A stretch of DNA of 64,000 nt from Planctomycetota bacterium (GCA_038231435.1 JBBRLJ010000021.1:31868-95867), one strand, 5' to 3'. Positions 30,162 to 43,359 are shown, counted from the first letter of the stretch. The notes: a model not told the origin generated them from the sequence alone. Program-made: numbers and translations.

Positions 30162-33100
30162 ATGCCATCCCTGTCACCATCCAATCGCCACCCCGCACTC
30201 GCGCCAACCATGACGCGCTTGCGCTGGTTCAGGCATTCGCTCGCGCCCGCCCATCCAGGCGGAGTGGACGGACGCGAGGGCCACCCGCTGCGGGCCGAGC
30301 TGCTCAGCGTCGACCAGCTGGTCAGCCACTTCAAGGCGCTGGCCCAGTGGCACCGGCCCGATGACACCTTGCGCGCAGACCCGCTGCTCGACCGCCTGGA
30401 CGACAACGAGCGCGTGCTGCTCGGTGCCTACGAGCTGATCTCGGCCGCGGTCTCCAAGAAACGCCGCGTCGCTCCCGCGGCGGAGTGGCTGCTCGACAAC
30501 TTCTACCTCATCGAGGAACAGATCCGCACGGCGCGGCGCCATTTCCCACGTTCGTATAGCCGCGAGCTGCCGAAGCTCTCCAACGGCCCACTCGCCGGGT
30601 ACGCACGCGTCTACGTGCTGGCGTATGAGCTCATCCTGCATGTCGATGGCCGCATCGACGCGGGGAGCCTGTCGGCGGCCATCGGCGCGTACCAGCAGAT
30701 CGCACCGCTCCGGCTCGGCGAGCTGTGGGCGATCCCGATCATGCTGCGTCTGGCGCTGATCGAGAATCTCCGCCGCGTCGGTGCCCGCATCGCCGCCGGC
30801 CGCGCCGAAGGCGACGAAGCCGACACCTGGGCGGATCGCCTGCTCGAACTCGCCGAGCACAAGCCGACCGAGCTGATCATCGGGCTGGCCGACCTGTCGC
30901 GCTCGATGGAGAGCCTGTCGAGCGCGTTCGTCGCCGACCTCACCAGGCGCCTCCAGGGACGCCATCCGTCGATGTCGCTGGTGCTCGGTTGGGTCGAGCA
31001 GCGGCTGGGCGAACACGGCGCGACCGTCGAGCAGCTGGTGCAGGCCGAGACCCAGGCCCAGGCCGCCGACCAAGTCTCGGTCGGCCATTCGATCGGCAGC
31101 CTGCGCTTCCTGGGCTCGATGGATTGGAGCGAGTTCGTCGAGAGCCAGAGCGTGGTCGAGCACGCGTTGGGCGGAGATCCCGCCGACGTGTACGCCGACA
31201 TGGATTTCGCCACCCGCGACCGCTACCGCCACGTCGTCGAGCGTATCGCCAAGCGCAGCCGGTTCGACGAGCAGGCGGTGGCCACGCTGGCCATCTCGCA
31301 CGCGGGACGCGGCGTGCCCGAAGGCCAGGACGCGCGCGTGCGGCACGTCGGCTGGTGGCTCATCGGCGACGGCCTGCGCCAGCTCGAATCCGCGGCGGGC
31401 ATGCGGCCTAAGCTGCGCGTCCGCGTCGGACGGCTTCTTCTGGGCCACCCGCTCGCGGTCTACCTCACCGGCATCGGCGTGCCCACCGCCCTGGCGGCCT
31501 GGGCGGTGGGCGCATCAGCCCTGCGTTCGGCTTGGGAGCCGTGGACGCTCATCGGCCTCACCGTGCTCGCCGCGCTGTGCGCGTCGCAGGCGGCGATCGC
31601 GCTGGTGAACTGGGTCGTCGGCCTGACGGTGCCGCCCACGCTGATGCCGCGCCTCGATTTCGCCGCCGGCATACCGGTGGACCACCACGCCCTGGTAGTG
31701 GTTCCGTGCATGATCAGCGACGAGCACGCGATCGAGTCGATGCTCGATCAGCTCGAGGTGCGCTATGTCGCCAACCGCGATCCCAACCTGTACTTCGCGC
31801 TGCTCACCGATTTCACCGACGCGCGCGCCGAGCACATGCCGGACGACGCGCGGTTGGTGGCGCGGGTGAAGGAGGGGATCGTCGCGCTCAACGACAAGTA
31901 CGCCGCAACCGACCGCCCGTTCGTCTTCCAGCTGTTCCACCGGCCGCGTCTGTGGAATCCCGTCGAAGGCAAGTGGATGGGCCGGGAGCGCAAGCGCGGA
32001 AAGATCGCCGATCTCAACCATGCGCTGCGCGCCGAAGCGCGAGCCGAGGTACCAGACGGGTTCAGCGAATTCATCGGCGACCTGTCAGCGCTGCGGCGGG
32101 TGAAGTACGTCATCACCCTCGATGCCGACACCCAGTTGCCGATGGACTCGGCGCGCTTGCTGGTGGGCGCGATGGCGCATCCCCTGAACCGGCCGGTGCA
32201 CGATCCGCGCACCGGCGCCGTCATCCGCGGCCATGGCCTGCTCCAGCCGCGGGTGGCTATCGATCTGCCCAGCGCTGGCCGCTCGCTGTACGCCAAGCTC
32301 TCGGCCGGCGAGCCCGGCCTGGATCCGTACACGCGTGCGGTCTCAGACGTCTATCAGGACCTGTTCGATGAAGGCTCGTTCATCGGCAAGGGCATCTACG
32401 ACGTCGACGCGTTCGAGCGCGCGCTCGCCGGTAGGCTGCCGGACAACACCGTGCTCAGCCACGACCTGCTCGAGGGCTGCCATCTCCGCGCTGGGCTGAT
32501 GAGCGACGTGCTGCTGTACGAGGACAATCCTTCGCGCTACCTCGCCGACGCGGCGCGGCGCCATCGCTGGATCCGCGGCGACTGGCAGGTCGCGAGCTGG
32601 TTGCGGCGTTCGGTGCCGGTCGCGGACGGGCGCGCGCCCAATCCCTTGTCGCCGCTGTCGCAGTGGAAATTGATCGACAACCTCCGCCGTAGCCTGGTGC
32701 CGATCGGTCTGGTCGCTTGGCTGGCGCTGTGCTGGTCCGTGCCCGCTCCCAGATGGTGGCTGGCGCTGCCGTTGGCGGTCTTCGCATTGCCGCCGCTCGT
32801 GTCGTTGCTGCATGAAGCCGTGGGCATCCCCGACGAGATGCGTCTACGCCAGCACCTGCGGCGCCTGGCCGCTTCCGCCGCGAAGCAGGCCGCGCAAGCG
32901 CTGCTGGCGGTCACCTTCCTGGCGCACGATGCCGCCCTGTCAGCTGACGCGGGAACGCGCGCCGTCTGGCGGATGTGCGTGACCCGTCGCCGGTTGCTCG
33001 AATGGAAGACCTCGCACGAAGCCGAGCGCGAAGCGCGAGCCGGACTGCTCGGCATCGCGCGCTCGATGGCGAGCTCACCCGCCATCGCCGTCGGGATGGC

Positions 33101-36100
33101 GGTATGGCTGGCGCGCACCAGCGCGGACAGCCTGCCATGGGCAGTCCCGATCCTCGGCGCATGGCTGCTCGCGCCAGGCGTGGCCTGGTGGCTGAGCCGG
33201 CCGACTCGGGCGCGCTCGCATCGTCTCGGGAACGACGAAGTCGATTTCCTGCGCGCGCGCTGCCGCAAGACCTGGCGCTATTTCGAAACGTTCGTGAATG
33301 CCGAGCACCACTTCCTACCGCCCGACAATTTCCAGGAGCATCCGGTCGCGGTCGTCGCTCCCCGCACCTCGCCGACCAACATCGGTGCCTACCTGCTGTC
33401 CAATCTTGCTGCCCTGGACTTCGGATATCTCACCGGCCGCGGCCTGATCGAGCGCATCTCCAGCACCTTCGCCACCTACGACAAGCTCGAACGCTTCCGC
33501 GGTCACCCCTTCAACTGGTACGACACGCACACGCTCAAGCCGCTGCCTCCGCTGTACGTGTCGACGGTGGACAGCGGAAATTTTTCCGGCCATCTGATGA
33601 CGCTCACTCGCGGGCTGCTCGAGATGGCGGACCGGCCGATCCTCGCCGCCGCCGCGTTTCCTGGCCTGCGCGATTGCCTGTTGCTGTGTGCCGACGAGAT
33701 CAGGATGTCCAAGACCAGCCGCCCGGTGGTGCTCCAGGCGATTGAGCGCATCGAGCGGTCGCTGGCGACGCACCGTCCGTCGCTCGGAGGATCCCACATC
33801 TACCTCGGCACGTTGCGCATCTCGGCCAGGGATCTGGTGGCGGGATGCCAAGGAGAGGAGGAGGCCGCGCATTGGGCGCGCGCGTTCGAGCAGGCCTGCC
33901 AGCGCGCCGAAGACGAGCTCGCGAACTTCGCGCCGTGGGTGCTGGTGGCCACCGCCTCGGGTGACTTGGCTTCCGTCGCAGGCGCTTCGGTCGAGCTGCT
34001 GGCCGAGGTTCGCGCCGAGCTCCATGCGCTCGACCGCGAGATCCCCGCGCCGCGCGCAATCGCCAGGCTCGCCAATGAGCTCGGGCCGCGCATCGAGGCG
34101 TTGGTCCGCGCCACGCCCGCAGGCGCCACGCGGCAGTGGGCCGAGGCGCTGCTCCGCCAGATCGACATCGCCTCCGAGCATGCGGCGGCGCACATCATGG
34201 CGCTCGAGCAGCTCGCGCTGCGCTGCCAGGAATTCGCCGAAATCGACTACACCTTCCTCTACGACCGCGCGCGCGATCTGTTCTCGATCGGCTACAACGT
34301 CGCCGACCACCGCCTGGACGGCAGCTACTACGACTTGCTGGCGTCCGAGGCCAGGCTGGCGAGCTTCATCGCGGTCGCCCAGGGCCAGGTGAAGCAGGAG
34401 CACTGGTTCACCCTCGGCCGCATCCTCACCTCCTCAGGAGGCCACCCGGCGCTGCTGTCGTGGAGCGGTTCGACTTTCGAATACCTGATGCCGCTGCTGG
34501 TGATGCCCGACCATCCGCACACCATCCTGCACCGCACCTACAAGGCGGTGGTCGCGCGGCAGATCGAGTTCGGGCGCGAGCATGGCGTGCCATGGGGCGT
34601 GTCGGAATCCGGCTACAACGCCACCGACGCCGCGCTGAACTACCAGTATCGAGCCTTCGGGGTGCCGGGGCTCGGGCTCAAGCGCGGCCTCGGCGACGAC
34701 CTGGTGATCGCTCCGTACGCCTCGGCCATGGCGCTGATGGTCGCGCCCGAAGCGGCCTGCAAGAACTTGCGCCGGCTGAGCGACGAAGGTCGGGAGGGCC
34801 GCTACGGCTTCTACGAGGCAGTCGACTACACGCCGTCGCGCCTGCCACCCGGGCAGTCCAGCGTCACCATTCGTTCGTACATGGCCCACCACCAGGGCAT
34901 GGCGTTCCTGTCATTCGCCTACCTGCTGCTGGATCGTCCGATGCAACGGCGCTTCCTCGCCGATCCGCTGTTCCGCGCGGCGGACCTGCTGCTGCACGAG
35001 AAGGTCCCGAAATCCACCACGCCGATCTTCCCGCACGCGAACGACACGGCGGCTCGGCGGCCCACGGCGTCCGCCGACGAGCCGACCTTGCGCTTCGTCA
35101 CCACGCCCGCCCCGCCGCTTCCCGAGGTGCACCTGCTGTCGAATGGGCGCTACCACGTGATGGTGACCGCGGCCGGCGGCGGCTACAGCCGCTGGAAGGA
35201 TCTGGCGGTGACGCGCTGGCGCGAGGACGCGACGCGCGATGCCTGGGGCCAGTTCTGCTACCTGCGCGACCGCGACAGCGGCGCCTGGTGGTCCACCGCG
35301 CACCATCCGTCGTGCCGCACGGGCAAGGGCTACGAAGCGGTGTTCACCCAGGCGCGCGCCGAATTCAAGCGCACCGACGAGGGCATCTCGTCGCATACCG
35401 AGATCGCGGTCTCTCCCGAGGACGATGTCGAGGTACGGCGCGTCACCCTCACCAACCTCAGTGGCGTGACCCGCGCCATCGAGGCTACGAGCTACGGCGA
35501 GGTGGTGATCGCGGCCGCCGCCGCCGATGCGGCACATCCAGCGTTCAGCAACCTCTTCGTGCAGACCGAGATCATCGGCCATCGCGTCGCCATCCTGTGC
35601 TCGCGCCGGCCGCGCTCGGCGACCGAGAAGCCGCCGTGGATGTTCCACCTGATGTCGGTCGATGGCGCGGAGCTCGGCGACCCTGGCTACGAGACCAGCC
35701 GTGCGGCGTTCATCGGCCGCTCGCGCTCGCCGATGGCTCCGGCCGCGCTCGACCGCAATGGCGCGATGAGCGGCGCGCAGGGATCGGTGCTCGATCCGAT
35801 CGTCGCGATCCGCCGCACGCTGCGCATCGCGCCCGACGGCATCGGCCGCATCGACATTGTCACGGGCATCGCCGACACCCGCGAGCAGGCGGTCGCGATG
35901 ATCGAGCGCTACCACGAGCGCCGGCACGCCGACCGCGTCTTCGAGATGGCGTGGACGCACAGCCAGGTGGTGCTGCGCCAGCTCAACGCCGATGAGTCGG
36001 CGGCGCAGCTGTTCGGCAAGCTGGCCTCGGCGGTGATCTTCCCGGTGGGCGCGCGTCGCGCGAACCCCAGCATCCTGGCGCGCAACCGCCGCGGGCAGTC

Positions 36101-39029
36101 GGGCTTGTGGGGCTACGGGATATCCGGCGACCTGCCGATCGTCCTGCTGCGCATGAGCGACGCGTCCAAGATCGAGCTCGTCACCCAGCTGGTCCAGGCG
36201 CACGCCTACTGGCGCGTCAAAGGCCTGGCCTCGGACCTGGTGATCCTGAACGAAGATCATTCGCTCTACCGCCAATCCCTGCACGAGCAGATCCAGGCCC
36301 TGGTGGCATCTGGCCCGCAGGCGGGCCTGCTCGACAAGCTGGGCGGGATCTTCGTGCGTCGCTTCGAGCAGATGGCGGACGAGGACCGCATCCTGCTGCA
36401 GAGCGCCGCGCGCCTGGTGCTCAGCGACACGGCCGGCAGCCTCGCCGACCAGGCGGGGCGGCGTCCGCGCGCCGACAACCTGCCCGCGCAGCTCACCGCG
36501 CGTCCGCGCAAGGAGCCTTCGCGTTCGCCGGCGCCAGCGGTGCCGCGCGACCTGATCTTCGACAACGGCATCGGCGGCTTCACGCGCGACGGCAAGGAGT
36601 ACATCATCACGATCGCCCCAGGCGCCGCGACCCCGGCGCCGTGGGTGAACGTCATCGCCAACAGCTCGTTCGGCACGGTGGTCGGCGAGGGCGGATCCTC
36701 GTACACCTGGACCGAGAACTGCCACGAGATGCGGCTGACGCCATGGTACAACGACCCCGTCGGCGATCTTGGCGGCGAGGCCGTGTACCTGCGCGACGAG
36801 GAGACCGGTGCGTACTGGTCGCCTTCTCCGTGGCCGACGCGCGGCACGGGAACCTATGTGACCCGCCACGGTTTCGGCTATAGCGTCTTCGAGCATTCCC
36901 AGGCCGGCATCGACAGCGAGATGTGGGTCTACGTGGCGATGGATGCGGCGGTGAAGTTCGTGGTGGTGAAACTGCGCAACCGCTCCGGGCGTCAGCGCCG
37001 CATCTCACTCACCGGGTATTGCGAATGGGTGCTGGGCGAGCTGCGGCACAAGCAGGCTCCGCATCTGCGCACCGAGCTCGATCCGCAGAGCGGGGCGCTG
37101 TTCGCGACCAATTCGTTCAACACCGAATTCCCGGGCCGCGTCGGCTTCCTCGATCTCAGCGAGCCAGGTCGCAGCCACACCTGTGATCGCGCCGAGTTCC
37201 TGGGCCGCAACGGCTCGCCGGTGGCTCCGGCGGCGCTCTCGCGCGTGCGGCTCTCTGGCAGGACCGGTTCGGGTCTCGATCCGTGCGCCGCGGTGATGGT
37301 CGAGCTCGATCTCGCCGATGGGCAGGAGCGCGAGGTGGTGCTCACGCTCGGCGCCGGCCGCGACGCGGCTGACGCCCAGGCGCTGGTGCGGCGTGCCCAT
37401 GGGTCGGGCGCGGCGCGCCAGGCGTTGGAGGGAGTGTGGGCGTACTGGAACCGCACCCTGGGCGCGGTCCATCTCGAGACCCCCGACCAGTCCCTCAACG
37501 TACTCGCCAACGGCTGGCTGCTCTACCAGACGCTCTCCAGCCGCTTCTGGGCGCGCAGCGGCTTCTACCAATCGGGCGGCGCTTTCGGCTTCCGTGATCA
37601 GCTGCAGGATTCGCTCGCGCTCATGCACGCGCAGCCTGGTCTGGTGCGCGAGCACCTGCTGCGCGCGGCCGCGCACCAGTTCAAGGAAGGGGACGTCCAG
37701 CACTGGTGGCATCCGCCGCAAGATCGCGGCGTGCGCACCCATTTCTCTGACGATTACCTGTGGCTGCCGTACGCGGTCTCGGGCTACGTCGGCGCCACCG
37801 CCGACACCGGCGTGCTCGACGAGCGCGTGGTGTTCCTCGAGGGTAGGCCGGTGAATCCCGAGGAGGAGGCGTACTACGACCTCCCCGGACGCTGCGCCGA
37901 GAGCGCCAGCCTGTACGAGCACTGCGTGCGCGCGATCCGCAACGGCCTGCGCTTCGGCGCCCATGGTCTGCCGCTGATCGGTTGCGGCGACTGGAACGAC
38001 GGCATGAACCTGGTCGGCGAGCACGGCAAAGGCGAGAGCGTATGGCTCGCCTTCTTCCTGTGCGAGGTGATCACGCGTTTCCGGCCGATCGCCGCGCGGC
38101 GCGGAGACCAGACCTTCGCCGACGAGCTCGCCACTCGCCAGGCTGAACTGCAGCGGCACATCGAGGCCGAGGCCTGGGACGGCGAATGGTATCGGCGCGC
38201 CTACTTCGACGACGGCACGCCGCTCGGCTCGCACGAGAATCCCGAGTGTCAGATCGATTCGCTGCCCCAGAGCTGGGCGGTGCTGTCGGGCGCTGGCGAC
38301 GCCGAGCGTTCTCGGCGCGCCATGAACGCCGTGTATTACCGGCTGGTCGATCGTTCCGCCGGATTGATCAAGCTGTTCGATCCGCCGTTCGACACCTCGG
38401 CGCTCAATCCCGGTTACATCAAGGGCTACGTCCCGGGCGTGCGCGAGAACGGCGGCCAATATACCCACGCCGCACTGTGGACGGTGATGGCCTTCGCGGC
38501 GCTCGGCGACAGCACGCGCGCGTGGGAGCTCTTCGACCTGATCAATCCGGTGCGGCATGGCGACGACGCAGCGAAGATCGCCCGCTACCGCGCCGAGCCC
38601 TACGTGGTCGCCGCCGACGTCTACGCGGTCCCGCCGCACGACGGCCGCGGAGGCTGGACGTGGTACACCGGCTCCGCTGGCTGGATGTACCGCCTGATCC
38701 TCGAGTCCCTCGTCGGCATCAGACTCGAAGGCGCGCGCCTGACCTTCGTGCCGTGCCTGCCCCAGGCCTGGCCGTCGTTCCGCGTGCACTACCGCCACGG
38801 CGACACCTTCTACCACATCGAGCTGGCGCGGCTGCCCAACGCGGCGGATGCCTCTGAGACCCGCGCCTCCGGCAGGCCGGGTGCAGCGACCGGCACGAAG
38901 CCAGTCGCCGACGGTGCCCGCCCCGGCAGCCGGATGCGGATCTCGCTCGATGGCGTGCTCCAGGACGATGGCGCCATCACCCTGGTCGATGACCGGGTGG
39001 AGCATCAGGTGCGAGTCGAGCATCCATGA
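30162..39029 (+). CDS. ndvB: Cyclic beta-1,2-glucan synthase (Cgs/NdvB/ChvB: GT84 plus C-terminal GH94 phosphorylase)
   Basis: [111 protein letters not shown]; 2955 aa. Confidence 0.95.
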   Translation: MPSLSPSNRHPALAPTMTRLRWFRHSLAPAHPGGVDGREGHPLRAELLSVDQLVSHFKALAQWHRPDDTLRADPLLDRLDDNERVLLGAYELISAAVSKKRRVAPAAEWLLDNFYLIEEQIRTARRHFPRSYSRELPKLSNGPLAGYARVYVLAYELILHVDGRIDAGSLSAAIGAYQQIAPLRLGELWAIPIMLRLALIENLRRVGARIAAGRAEGDEADTWADRLLELAEHKPTELIIGLADLSRSMESLSSAFVADLTRRLQGRHPSMSLVLGWVEQRLGEHGATVEQLVQAETQAQAADQVSVGHSIGSLRFLGSMDWSEFVESQSVVEHALGGDPADVYADMDFATRDRYRHVVERIAKRSRFDEQAVATLAISHAGRGVPEGQDARVRHVGWWLIGDGLRQLESAAGMRPKLRVRVGRLLLGHPLAVYLTGIGVPTALAAWAVGASALRSAWEPWTLIGLTVLAALCASQAAIALVNWVVGLTVPPTLMPRLDFAAGIPVDHHALVVVPCMISDEHAIESMLDQLEVRYVANRDPNLYFALLTDFTDARAEHMPDDARLVARVKEGIVALNDKYAATDRPFVFQLFHRPRLWNPVEGKWMGRERKRGKIADLNHALRAEARAEVPDGFSEFIGDLSALRRVKYVITLDADTQLPMDSARLLVGAMAHPLNRPVHDPRTGAVIRGHGLLQPRVAIDLPSAGRSLYAKLSAGEPGLDPYTRAVSDVYQDLFDEGSFIGKGIYDVDAFERALAGRLPDNTVLSHDLLEGCHLRAGLMSDVLLYEDNPSRYLADAARRHRWIRGDWQVASWLRRSVPVADGRAPNPLSPLSQWKLIDNLRRSLVPIGLVAWLALCWSVPAPRWWLALPLAVFALPPLVSLLHEAVGIPDEMRLRQHLRRLAASAAKQAAQALLAVTFLAHDAALSADAGTRAVWRMCVTRRRLLEWKTSHEAEREARAGLLGIARSMASSPAIAVGMAVWLARTSADSLPWAVPILGAWLLAPGVAWWLSRPTRARSHRLGNDEVDFLRARCRKTWRYFETFVNAEHHFLPPDNFQEHPVAVVAPRTSPTNIGAYLLSNLAALDFGYLTGRGLIERISSTFATYDKLERFRGHPFNWYDTHTLKPLPPLYVSTVDSGNFSGHLMTLTRGLLEMADRPILAAAAFPGLRDCLLLCADEIRMSKTSRPVVLQAIERIERSLATHRPSLGGSHIYLGTLRISARDLVAGCQGEEEAAHWARAFEQACQRAEDELANFAPWVLVATASGDLASVAGASVELLAEVRAELHALDREIPAPRAIARLANELGPRIEALVRATPAGATRQWAEALLRQIDIASEHAAAHIMALEQLALRCQEFAEIDYTFLYDRARDLFSIGYNVADHRLDGSYYDLLASEARLASFIAVAQGQVKQEHWFTLGRILTSSGGHPALLSWSGSTFEYLMPLLVMPDHPHTILHRTYKAVVARQIEFGREHGVPWGVSESGYNATDAALNYQYRAFGVPGLGLKRGLGDDLVIAPYASAMALMVAPEAACKNLRRLSDEGREGRYGFYEAVDYTPSRLPPGQSSVTIRSYMAHHQGMAFLSFAYLLLDRPMQRRFLADPLFRAADLLLHEKVPKSTTPIFPHANDTAARRPTASADEPTLRFVTTPAPPLPEVHLLSNGRYHVMVTAAGGGYSRWKDLAVTRWREDATRDAWGQFCYLRDRDSGAWWSTAHHPSCRTGKGYEAVFTQARAEFKRTDEGISSHTEIAVSPEDDVEVRRVTLTNLSGVTRAIEATSYGEVVIAAAAADAAHPAFSNLFVQTEIIGHRVAILCSRRPRSATEKPPWMFHLMSVDGAELGDPGYETSRAAFIGRSRSPMAPAALDRNGAMSGAQGSVLDPIVAIRRTLRIAPDGIGRIDIVTGIADTREQAVAMIERYHERRHADRVFEMAWTHSQVVLRQLNADESAAQLFGKLASAVIFPVGARRANPSILARNRRGQSGLWGYGISGDLPIVLLRMSDASKIELVTQLVQAHAYWRVKGLASDLVILNEDHSLYRQSLHEQIQALVASGPQAGLLDKLGGIFVRRFEQMADEDRILLQSAARLVLSDTAGSLADQAGRRPRADNLPAQLTARPRKEPSRSPAPAVPRDLIFDNGIGGFTRDGKEYIITIAPGAATPAPWVNVIANSSFGTVVGEGGSSYTWTENCHEMRLTPWYNDPVGDLGGEAVYLRDEETGAYWSPSPWPTRGTGTYVTRHGFGYSVFEHSQAGIDSEMWVYVAMDAAVKFVVVKLRNRSGRQRRISLTGYCEWVLGELRHKQAPHLRTELDPQSGALFATNSFNTEFPGRVGFLDLSEPGRSHTCDRAEFLGRNGSPVAPAALSRVRLSGRTGSGLDPCAAVMVELDLADGQEREVVLTLGAGRDAADAQALVRRAHGSGAARQALEGVWAYWNRTLGAVHLETPDQSLNVLANGWLLYQTLSSRFWARSGFYQSGGAFGFRDQLQDSLALMHAQPGLVREHLLRAAAHQFKEGDVQHWWHPPQDRGVRTHFSDDYLWLPYAVSGYVGATADTGVLDERVVFLEGRPVNPEEEAYYDLPGRCAESASLYEHCVRAIRNGLRFGAHGLPLIGCGDWNDGMNLVGEHGKGESVWLAFFLCEVITRFRPIAARRGDQTFADELATRQAELQRHIEAEAWDGEWYRRAYFDDGTPLGSHENPECQIDSLPQSWAVLSGAGDAERSRRAMNAVYYRLVDRSAGLIKLFDPPFDTSALNPGYIKGYVPGVRENGGQYTHAALWTVMAFAALGDSTRAWELFDLINPVRHGDDAAKIARYRAEPYVVAADVYAVPPHDGRGGWTWYTGSAGWMYRLILESLVGIRLEGARLTFVPCLPQAWPSFRVHYRHGDTFYHIELARLPNAADASETRASGRPGAATGTKPVADGARPGSRMRISLDGVLQDDGAITLVDDRVEHQVRVEHP

Positions 39030-39133
39030 AGGACAGGCCCGGTGGCTGCTGTGATGGCCGGTCCGGAACGCCTGTGAGGCCTACCGGCGTTTCGCCTGTG
39101 CCGTGGACGTCGCGGCGGATATAGTCGGGCAGC

Positions 39134-40000
39134 ATGGCGCACCAGCAGGCTGCACAGCTCGAGGGGTTCCGTTCGCTGCGGCACCGCCCCGCCGTCGACC
39201 GCAGCGGCGACGTGCTGCGCGTGCCCTCCAAGGCCATTGCCTCGGTCGCGCGCCACCATGGCCAGGGCTTCAATATCCCCTTCATCGCCGCCAGGCAGGC
39301 GCTCAGCGAGGCCTGGGTCAAGGCATGGCGCAACGCCAGCTTCCGCGGCGATCGCAACGACGAATCCCTGCGCGGTTACTGCGCCATGACCAGCGGTGAG
39401 TTCGCGGCCATCAACGCGCGTCAGCGCTGGGCCAACTGGCGCACCATCCCGCGCAATCTCGACGGCGTCTGCCCCAACCGCCCGCTGTCGGTCATCGACC
39501 TGTGCTGTGGCATCGGCGACTCGACCGCGGTGCTGGCCTGGTACGTCCCTCCCGGGTCCTCGATCCTCGGGCTGGAGTACAATCCCGATTTCGTCGCGCG
39601 CGCCCGCGCGCGCGCGTACCGTGACGATGCGGCTCGCGACGTGCGCGTGGCCTTCATCGCGCAGTCGGTCCTGGAGCGCTTCCGCAGCGAGGCGAACTCC
39701 GATGTGAAGTCCGATGTGAAGTCCGATGAAGCCCAGGACCTCGCCACTGCGAGCGTGGATCTGGTGAATTCGAGCGGCGCGGTGGGCTGCCACTTCGACG
39801 TGGCCGCCACCACCACGCTCGCGAGCGAAGTCGCGCGCGTGCTCGCGCCAGGGGGCATCGCGCTCATCGACGCGGGGGACCAGGGCACTTCCGAGGCCGA
39901 CGTCGAGCGCGTCTTCACGCTCGCGGGTTTCCAGCGCCTGCGTCACGCGCGCAGCTGCGCGTTCGACCGCTACATCCAGATCTGCTTCAAGAAAATCTGA
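39134..40000 (+). CDS. Class I SAM-dependent methyltransferase
   Basis: VIDLCCGIG motif I, GLEY, VARVLAPGG. Confidence 0.85.
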   Translation: MAHQQAAQLEGFRSLRHRPAVDRSGDVLRVPSKAIASVARHHGQGFNIPFIAARQALSEAWVKAWRNASFRGDRNDESLRGYCAMTSGEFAAINARQRWANWRTIPRNLDGVCPNRPLSVIDLCCGIGDSTAVLAWYVPPGSSILGLEYNPDFVARARARAYRDDAARDVRVAFIAQSVLERFRSEANSDVKSDVKSDEAQDLATASVDLVNSSGAVGCHFDVAATTTLASEVARVLAPGGIALIDAGDQGTSEADVERVFTLAGFQRLRHARSCAFDRYIQICFKKI

Positions 40001-40048
40001 GCAGCTCCACCGCCGGGACTCGGCCGCGCCGCTCGGCTAGGTCGACGG

Positions 40049-42394
40049 TCAGGGCGCGGATGTCGGAGCGCCTGTCCGCGCTGGCGCGCCGCGCATGGCC
40101 ATTTCCAAGACCGGGTGCGCTACCACCTCGAGCGTCCGGCCCGAAGTCAGGGTCCACGAGAATTCCACGCGGTTGTCGAGACCACCGGCGAGTTGCTTCC
40201 ACGGACCGTCGCCGACCTTCACCTGGAAGGCGTCCTGGCCACGGCGCAGGCGCAGCACGGCCTCCGGGGCCGTCGGGGCGAGCGTTTCGGCCGACTTGCC
40301 GTCCTGGGTGAGCTTGAAGCCGTCCTCGCCGAGAGTGATGCGCGCCTTGGCGAGGGTGAGCTCCCAGCGCTCGCCTTTCGCCAGCTGCCCCGGCCGCAGG
40401 CGGAAATCGATGGTGCGCACTTCGACGTCTTGGCGGCGGCGCTGCTCGAGCGCGGGCAGCACCATCTGCGCGGTGCCAGAGGCGCTGAAGATCACCGCGT
40501 TCTCGCGGAATTCGATCGTCGTCGAGGGCGCGGCGCGCAGGGTCTTCCAGAGTACCGCGGCGAACTTGGTGTCGGTGACACGGCGCCAGGCCTCGGCAGC
40601 CTTGCGGAAGTCCTCGCCGCGCGGCGCCTCGGTCGCCGGCTTGGCCGCGAGCTCCTCCATCGCACGATCGAACGCGGCATGGCGGTCGTCGATCGCCTGC
40701 CTGGTCTTCGGGCCCGCCTGGGTGTCGGGCACGGACTTCAGCGCGTTCCAGGCGTCGTCGAAGCGCTTCGCCTTCAGCGCGGCGTCGAACTGATCCAAGC
40801 TCGGCCGCGCGATCCCCTCCGACCATGCATCCCAGCGCGACTCGAGATCTTGCTTGAGCGCGTCTGCTTCCTCGGCCCGGCGCGATCCCTTCGCGAACTG
40901 CTCGCCATCCGCCTCCAGGAGCGCTAGCGCCTCGGCGTACTTCGCATCCTGCGCCAGCGCATCGATGCGCGGCAGGTCGCGGGCCAGTGCGTCGGATGCG
41001 CCCCGGTGGCCGATCGCGATCGCGACGACGATGGCGGCGACCGCGGCGGCGGCCAGACCACTGAGCGGCAGCAGTTTGCGGAACCTGCGTTTGCGCTGGA
41101 TGTACCTGCGCATGCGCTTGCTGGGATCCAGGGTGATCGAACCGCCGCCGCGCAGACGTTCGAGCAGCGCCAGGGCATCGGCCGCCGAAGCCGGGCGCTC
41201 CGCCGGATTCTTCGCCATCAGACGCGAGATGAAGCCGCGCACCGCGGCGGGGGGGCCCGGCTCCGGGAAGGTCAGCGGAGCGGTTGCAGCCTTCAGCACC
41301 ACCTCGACCGCGCTCGCTCCAGTGAATGGCGGCTTGCCGCAGAGCATGTGGTAGAGCGTCGCGCCGACCGAATAGAGATCGCTGCGGTGGTCCGCCCCGT
41401 GCGCGTCACGGCCCTGCTCTGGCGCCATGTAGTGGGGCGTGCCCATGATCGAGCCGGCCTGGGTGCTGCCGGAGTCGTGGCTGCTGTCACCGGCTGAGAG
41501 CGAGTCGATGCGCGACAGCCCGAGATCGGCGACCTTCACCGTTCCGCCTGGCGCGACCATCAGGTTGTCGGGTTTGATGTCGCGATGGATGACGCCGCGT
41601 TCGTGCGCGTACCTCAGCGCCGACAGGGTCTGGCCGATGATGTCGAGGGCGGCGTCGAGGGTCATCGGACCATTCGCCATCAGCTCCTTGACGGTGCGGC
41701 CCTCGATCAGCTCCATGCTGAAGAACATCAGCCCGCTCGCCTCGCCCACGTCGTGCACGGCGATGAGATTGAAATGGTGTAGCCGCCCGGCGGCGCGCGC
41801 TTCGCGCAGGAAGCGCTCGCGGAATCCCGGATCGCTGGCGAGGCGCGGCGACAATACCTTGAACGCCACCTCGCGCTGTACGCTCAGCTGCACCGCGCGA
41901 TAGACCTGCCCCATGCCGCCCTTGCCGAGCAGACCTTCGATGCGGTAGCCAGCGACGATGGTGCCGGGGGGGATGAGGTCGCCGACTGCGAGCGGCTGCC
42001 TGGCGAGCGAATCGGGCATGGTCTTCGCCGACTCTTCGCCGGTCGTCGCGCGGATCCCTGGCATCGTGCTGGGGTTCGTGCTGGGATGTGTCACCGGAGC
42101 CGCACTGGGGCTCGTTCCAGAACCAGCGCTGGCGGTCGAGCTCGGCGTCGGCGTGTCCGCAGACGTTGGCGCCACGGTGGTCGGCGTCGCCATCGCCGGC
42201 GCGGCCATCGCCGCGCGTTCCGCCGCGAGCGCCTCCTCGCGGGTCTGGGTGCGCAGGTCGTGGCGGATGCAGCGCGCCAAGGCCCGATCCACCACCTCGG
42301 CCGGCGGCACCAGCAGGGCGGCGCGCTCCTCGAGCAGAGCCACCAGTTCGGCGCGCCGTTCGGCGTCCAATTGGGTGTCGTGGCTCCCGCTCAT
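40049..42394 (-). CDS. Membrane Ser/Thr protein kinase
   Basis: GKGGMGQV, AFK, HRDIKPDN, DLG, GTPHYMAPE, DLYSVG; TM followed by an extracytoplasmic domain. Confidence 0.93.
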   Translation of the reverse strand: MSGSHDTQLDAERRAELVALLEERAALLVPPAEVVDRALARCIRHDLRTQTREEALAAERAAMAAPAMATPTTVAPTSADTPTPSSTASAGSGTSPSAAPVTHPSTNPSTMPGIRATTGEESAKTMPDSLARQPLAVGDLIPPGTIVAGYRIEGLLGKGGMGQVYRAVQLSVQREVAFKVLSPRLASDPGFRERFLREARAAGRLHHFNLIAVHDVGEASGLMFFSMELIEGRTVKELMANGPMTLDAALDIIGQTLSALRYAHERGVIHRDIKPDNLMVAPGGTVKVADLGLSRIDSLSAGDSSHDSGSTQAGSIMGTPHYMAPEQGRDAHGADHRSDLYSVGATLYHMLCGKPPFTGASAVEVVLKAATAPLTFPEPGPPAAVRGFISRLMAKNPAERPASAADALALLERLRGGGSITLDPSKRMRRYIQRKRRFRKLLPLSGLAAAAVAAIVVAIAIGHRGASDALARDLPRIDALAQDAKYAEALALLEADGEQFAKGSRRAEEADALKQDLESRWDAWSEGIARPSLDQFDAALKAKRFDDAWNALKSVPDTQAGPKTRQAIDDRHAAFDRAMEELAAKPATEAPRGEDFRKAAEAWRRVTDTKFAAVLWKTLRAAPSTTIEFRENAVIFSASGTAQMVLPALEQRRRQDVEVRTIDFRLRPGQLAKGERWELTLAKARITLGEDGFKLTQDGKSAETLAPTAPEAVLRLRRGQDAFQVKVGDGPWKQLAGGLDNRVEFSWTLTSGRTLEVVAHPVLEMAMRGAPARTGAPTSAP

Positions 42395-42487
42395 GGCTGG
42401 CGCCCGGCCGTCATGGTGCCGTCATCTCGCGCACGCGGTTCAGAGGCAGGCATCGATGAGGTGATACCGAGCCGAGGGCGCGGCGTT

Positions 42488-43237
42488 TCACGCCGGCCTG
42501 CGCCACAGCAGGTAGCAGGCGATGGCGCCCGCGATCGCCGCGTTCAGGCTCTCGGTGCCGCCTGGCATGGGCAGGGTCGCGCGTTCGCCGCAGGCGAGCA
42601 GCCATGCGTCGCGGATGCCATGCGCCTCTCCCCCGACCACCAGCCAGCGTGGCCCAGGGGCCAGGCGCTCCGGGTCGATGCCGCCCTGCGCGACCAGCGC
42701 GCACAGCGGTGCGCCGGTCGCGGTGGTGGCGAGCTGCGCCAGGCCGCCCGCGAGCGGCGGCTCATGCACCTGGACGCGGGACAGGGCGCCGGCCGAGGCC
42801 TGCACCGCCTTGTGCGACCAGGGATCGGCGCCGCCCAGGGCGACCACCTGGGTGATGCCGATGGCGGCGGCCGTGCGCACCAGGGTGCCGAGATTTCCCG
42901 GGTCCGAGACCTCGGCGAGCACCAGGCCGCCACGCGCCGGGTCGAGCGGATCGGGAGCGCGCAGCGCGAAAGCAGCGAGGAATCCAGGCGCCGTGACGCT
43001 CTGGCTCAGCTTGTCCATCACCCGCGCGGACACCTCGGTGGGCTCGGGCCAGCCGGGCGGAGGGCTCTCGTCGTCGCGCACCAGCAGGTGGGCAGGAGTC
43101 CAACCGGCCTCCAGGAATCCGGAGATCGCGCGGCGTCCCTCGACCAGGAACAGGCCTTCCTCGCGGCGATGCCGGCTCTCGGTGAGCCTGGCCAGGCGTT
43201 TGATCAGCGGATTGTCAGGCGAGGCGAGCGTGGCCAC
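42488..43237 (-). CDS. TrmH/SpoU family RNA methyltransferase
   Basis: FLVEGRR, DPGNLGTLVRTA, GGEAHGI, ESLNAAIA. Confidence 0.92.
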   Translation of the reverse strand: MATLASPDNPLIKRLARLTESRHRREEGLFLVEGRRAISGFLEAGWTPAHLLVRDDESPPPGWPEPTEVSARVMDKLSQSVTAPGFLAAFALRAPDPLDPARGGLVLAEVSDPGNLGTLVRTAAAIGITQVVALGGADPWSHKAVQASAGALSRVQVHEPPLAGGLAQLATTATGAPLCALVAQGGIDPERLAPGPRWLVVGGEAHGIRDAWLLACGERATLPMPGGTESLNAAIAGAIACYLLWRRPA

Positions 43238-43359
43238 TGGCTATCCTTGTGCTTCCCATCCGGCGATCGCGCCGGGGCGCTGTACGCGCGAGGTGCATGT
43301 ACCGGTTCGTGGGCTTAGTTCTAACTGGTTCCATGCTATGCCCTAACGACCAAGTGGTG

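Noticed and set aside
31515..39023. Many long antisense and alternate-frame ORFs (e.g. 34911-36896, 37005-39023; also 14545-16446, 17778-19457, 44593-46122, 61092-62570)
   Set aside because: Expected shadows of high-GC coding sequence. They are R/A/G-rich, carry no motifs and overlap well-supported genes.
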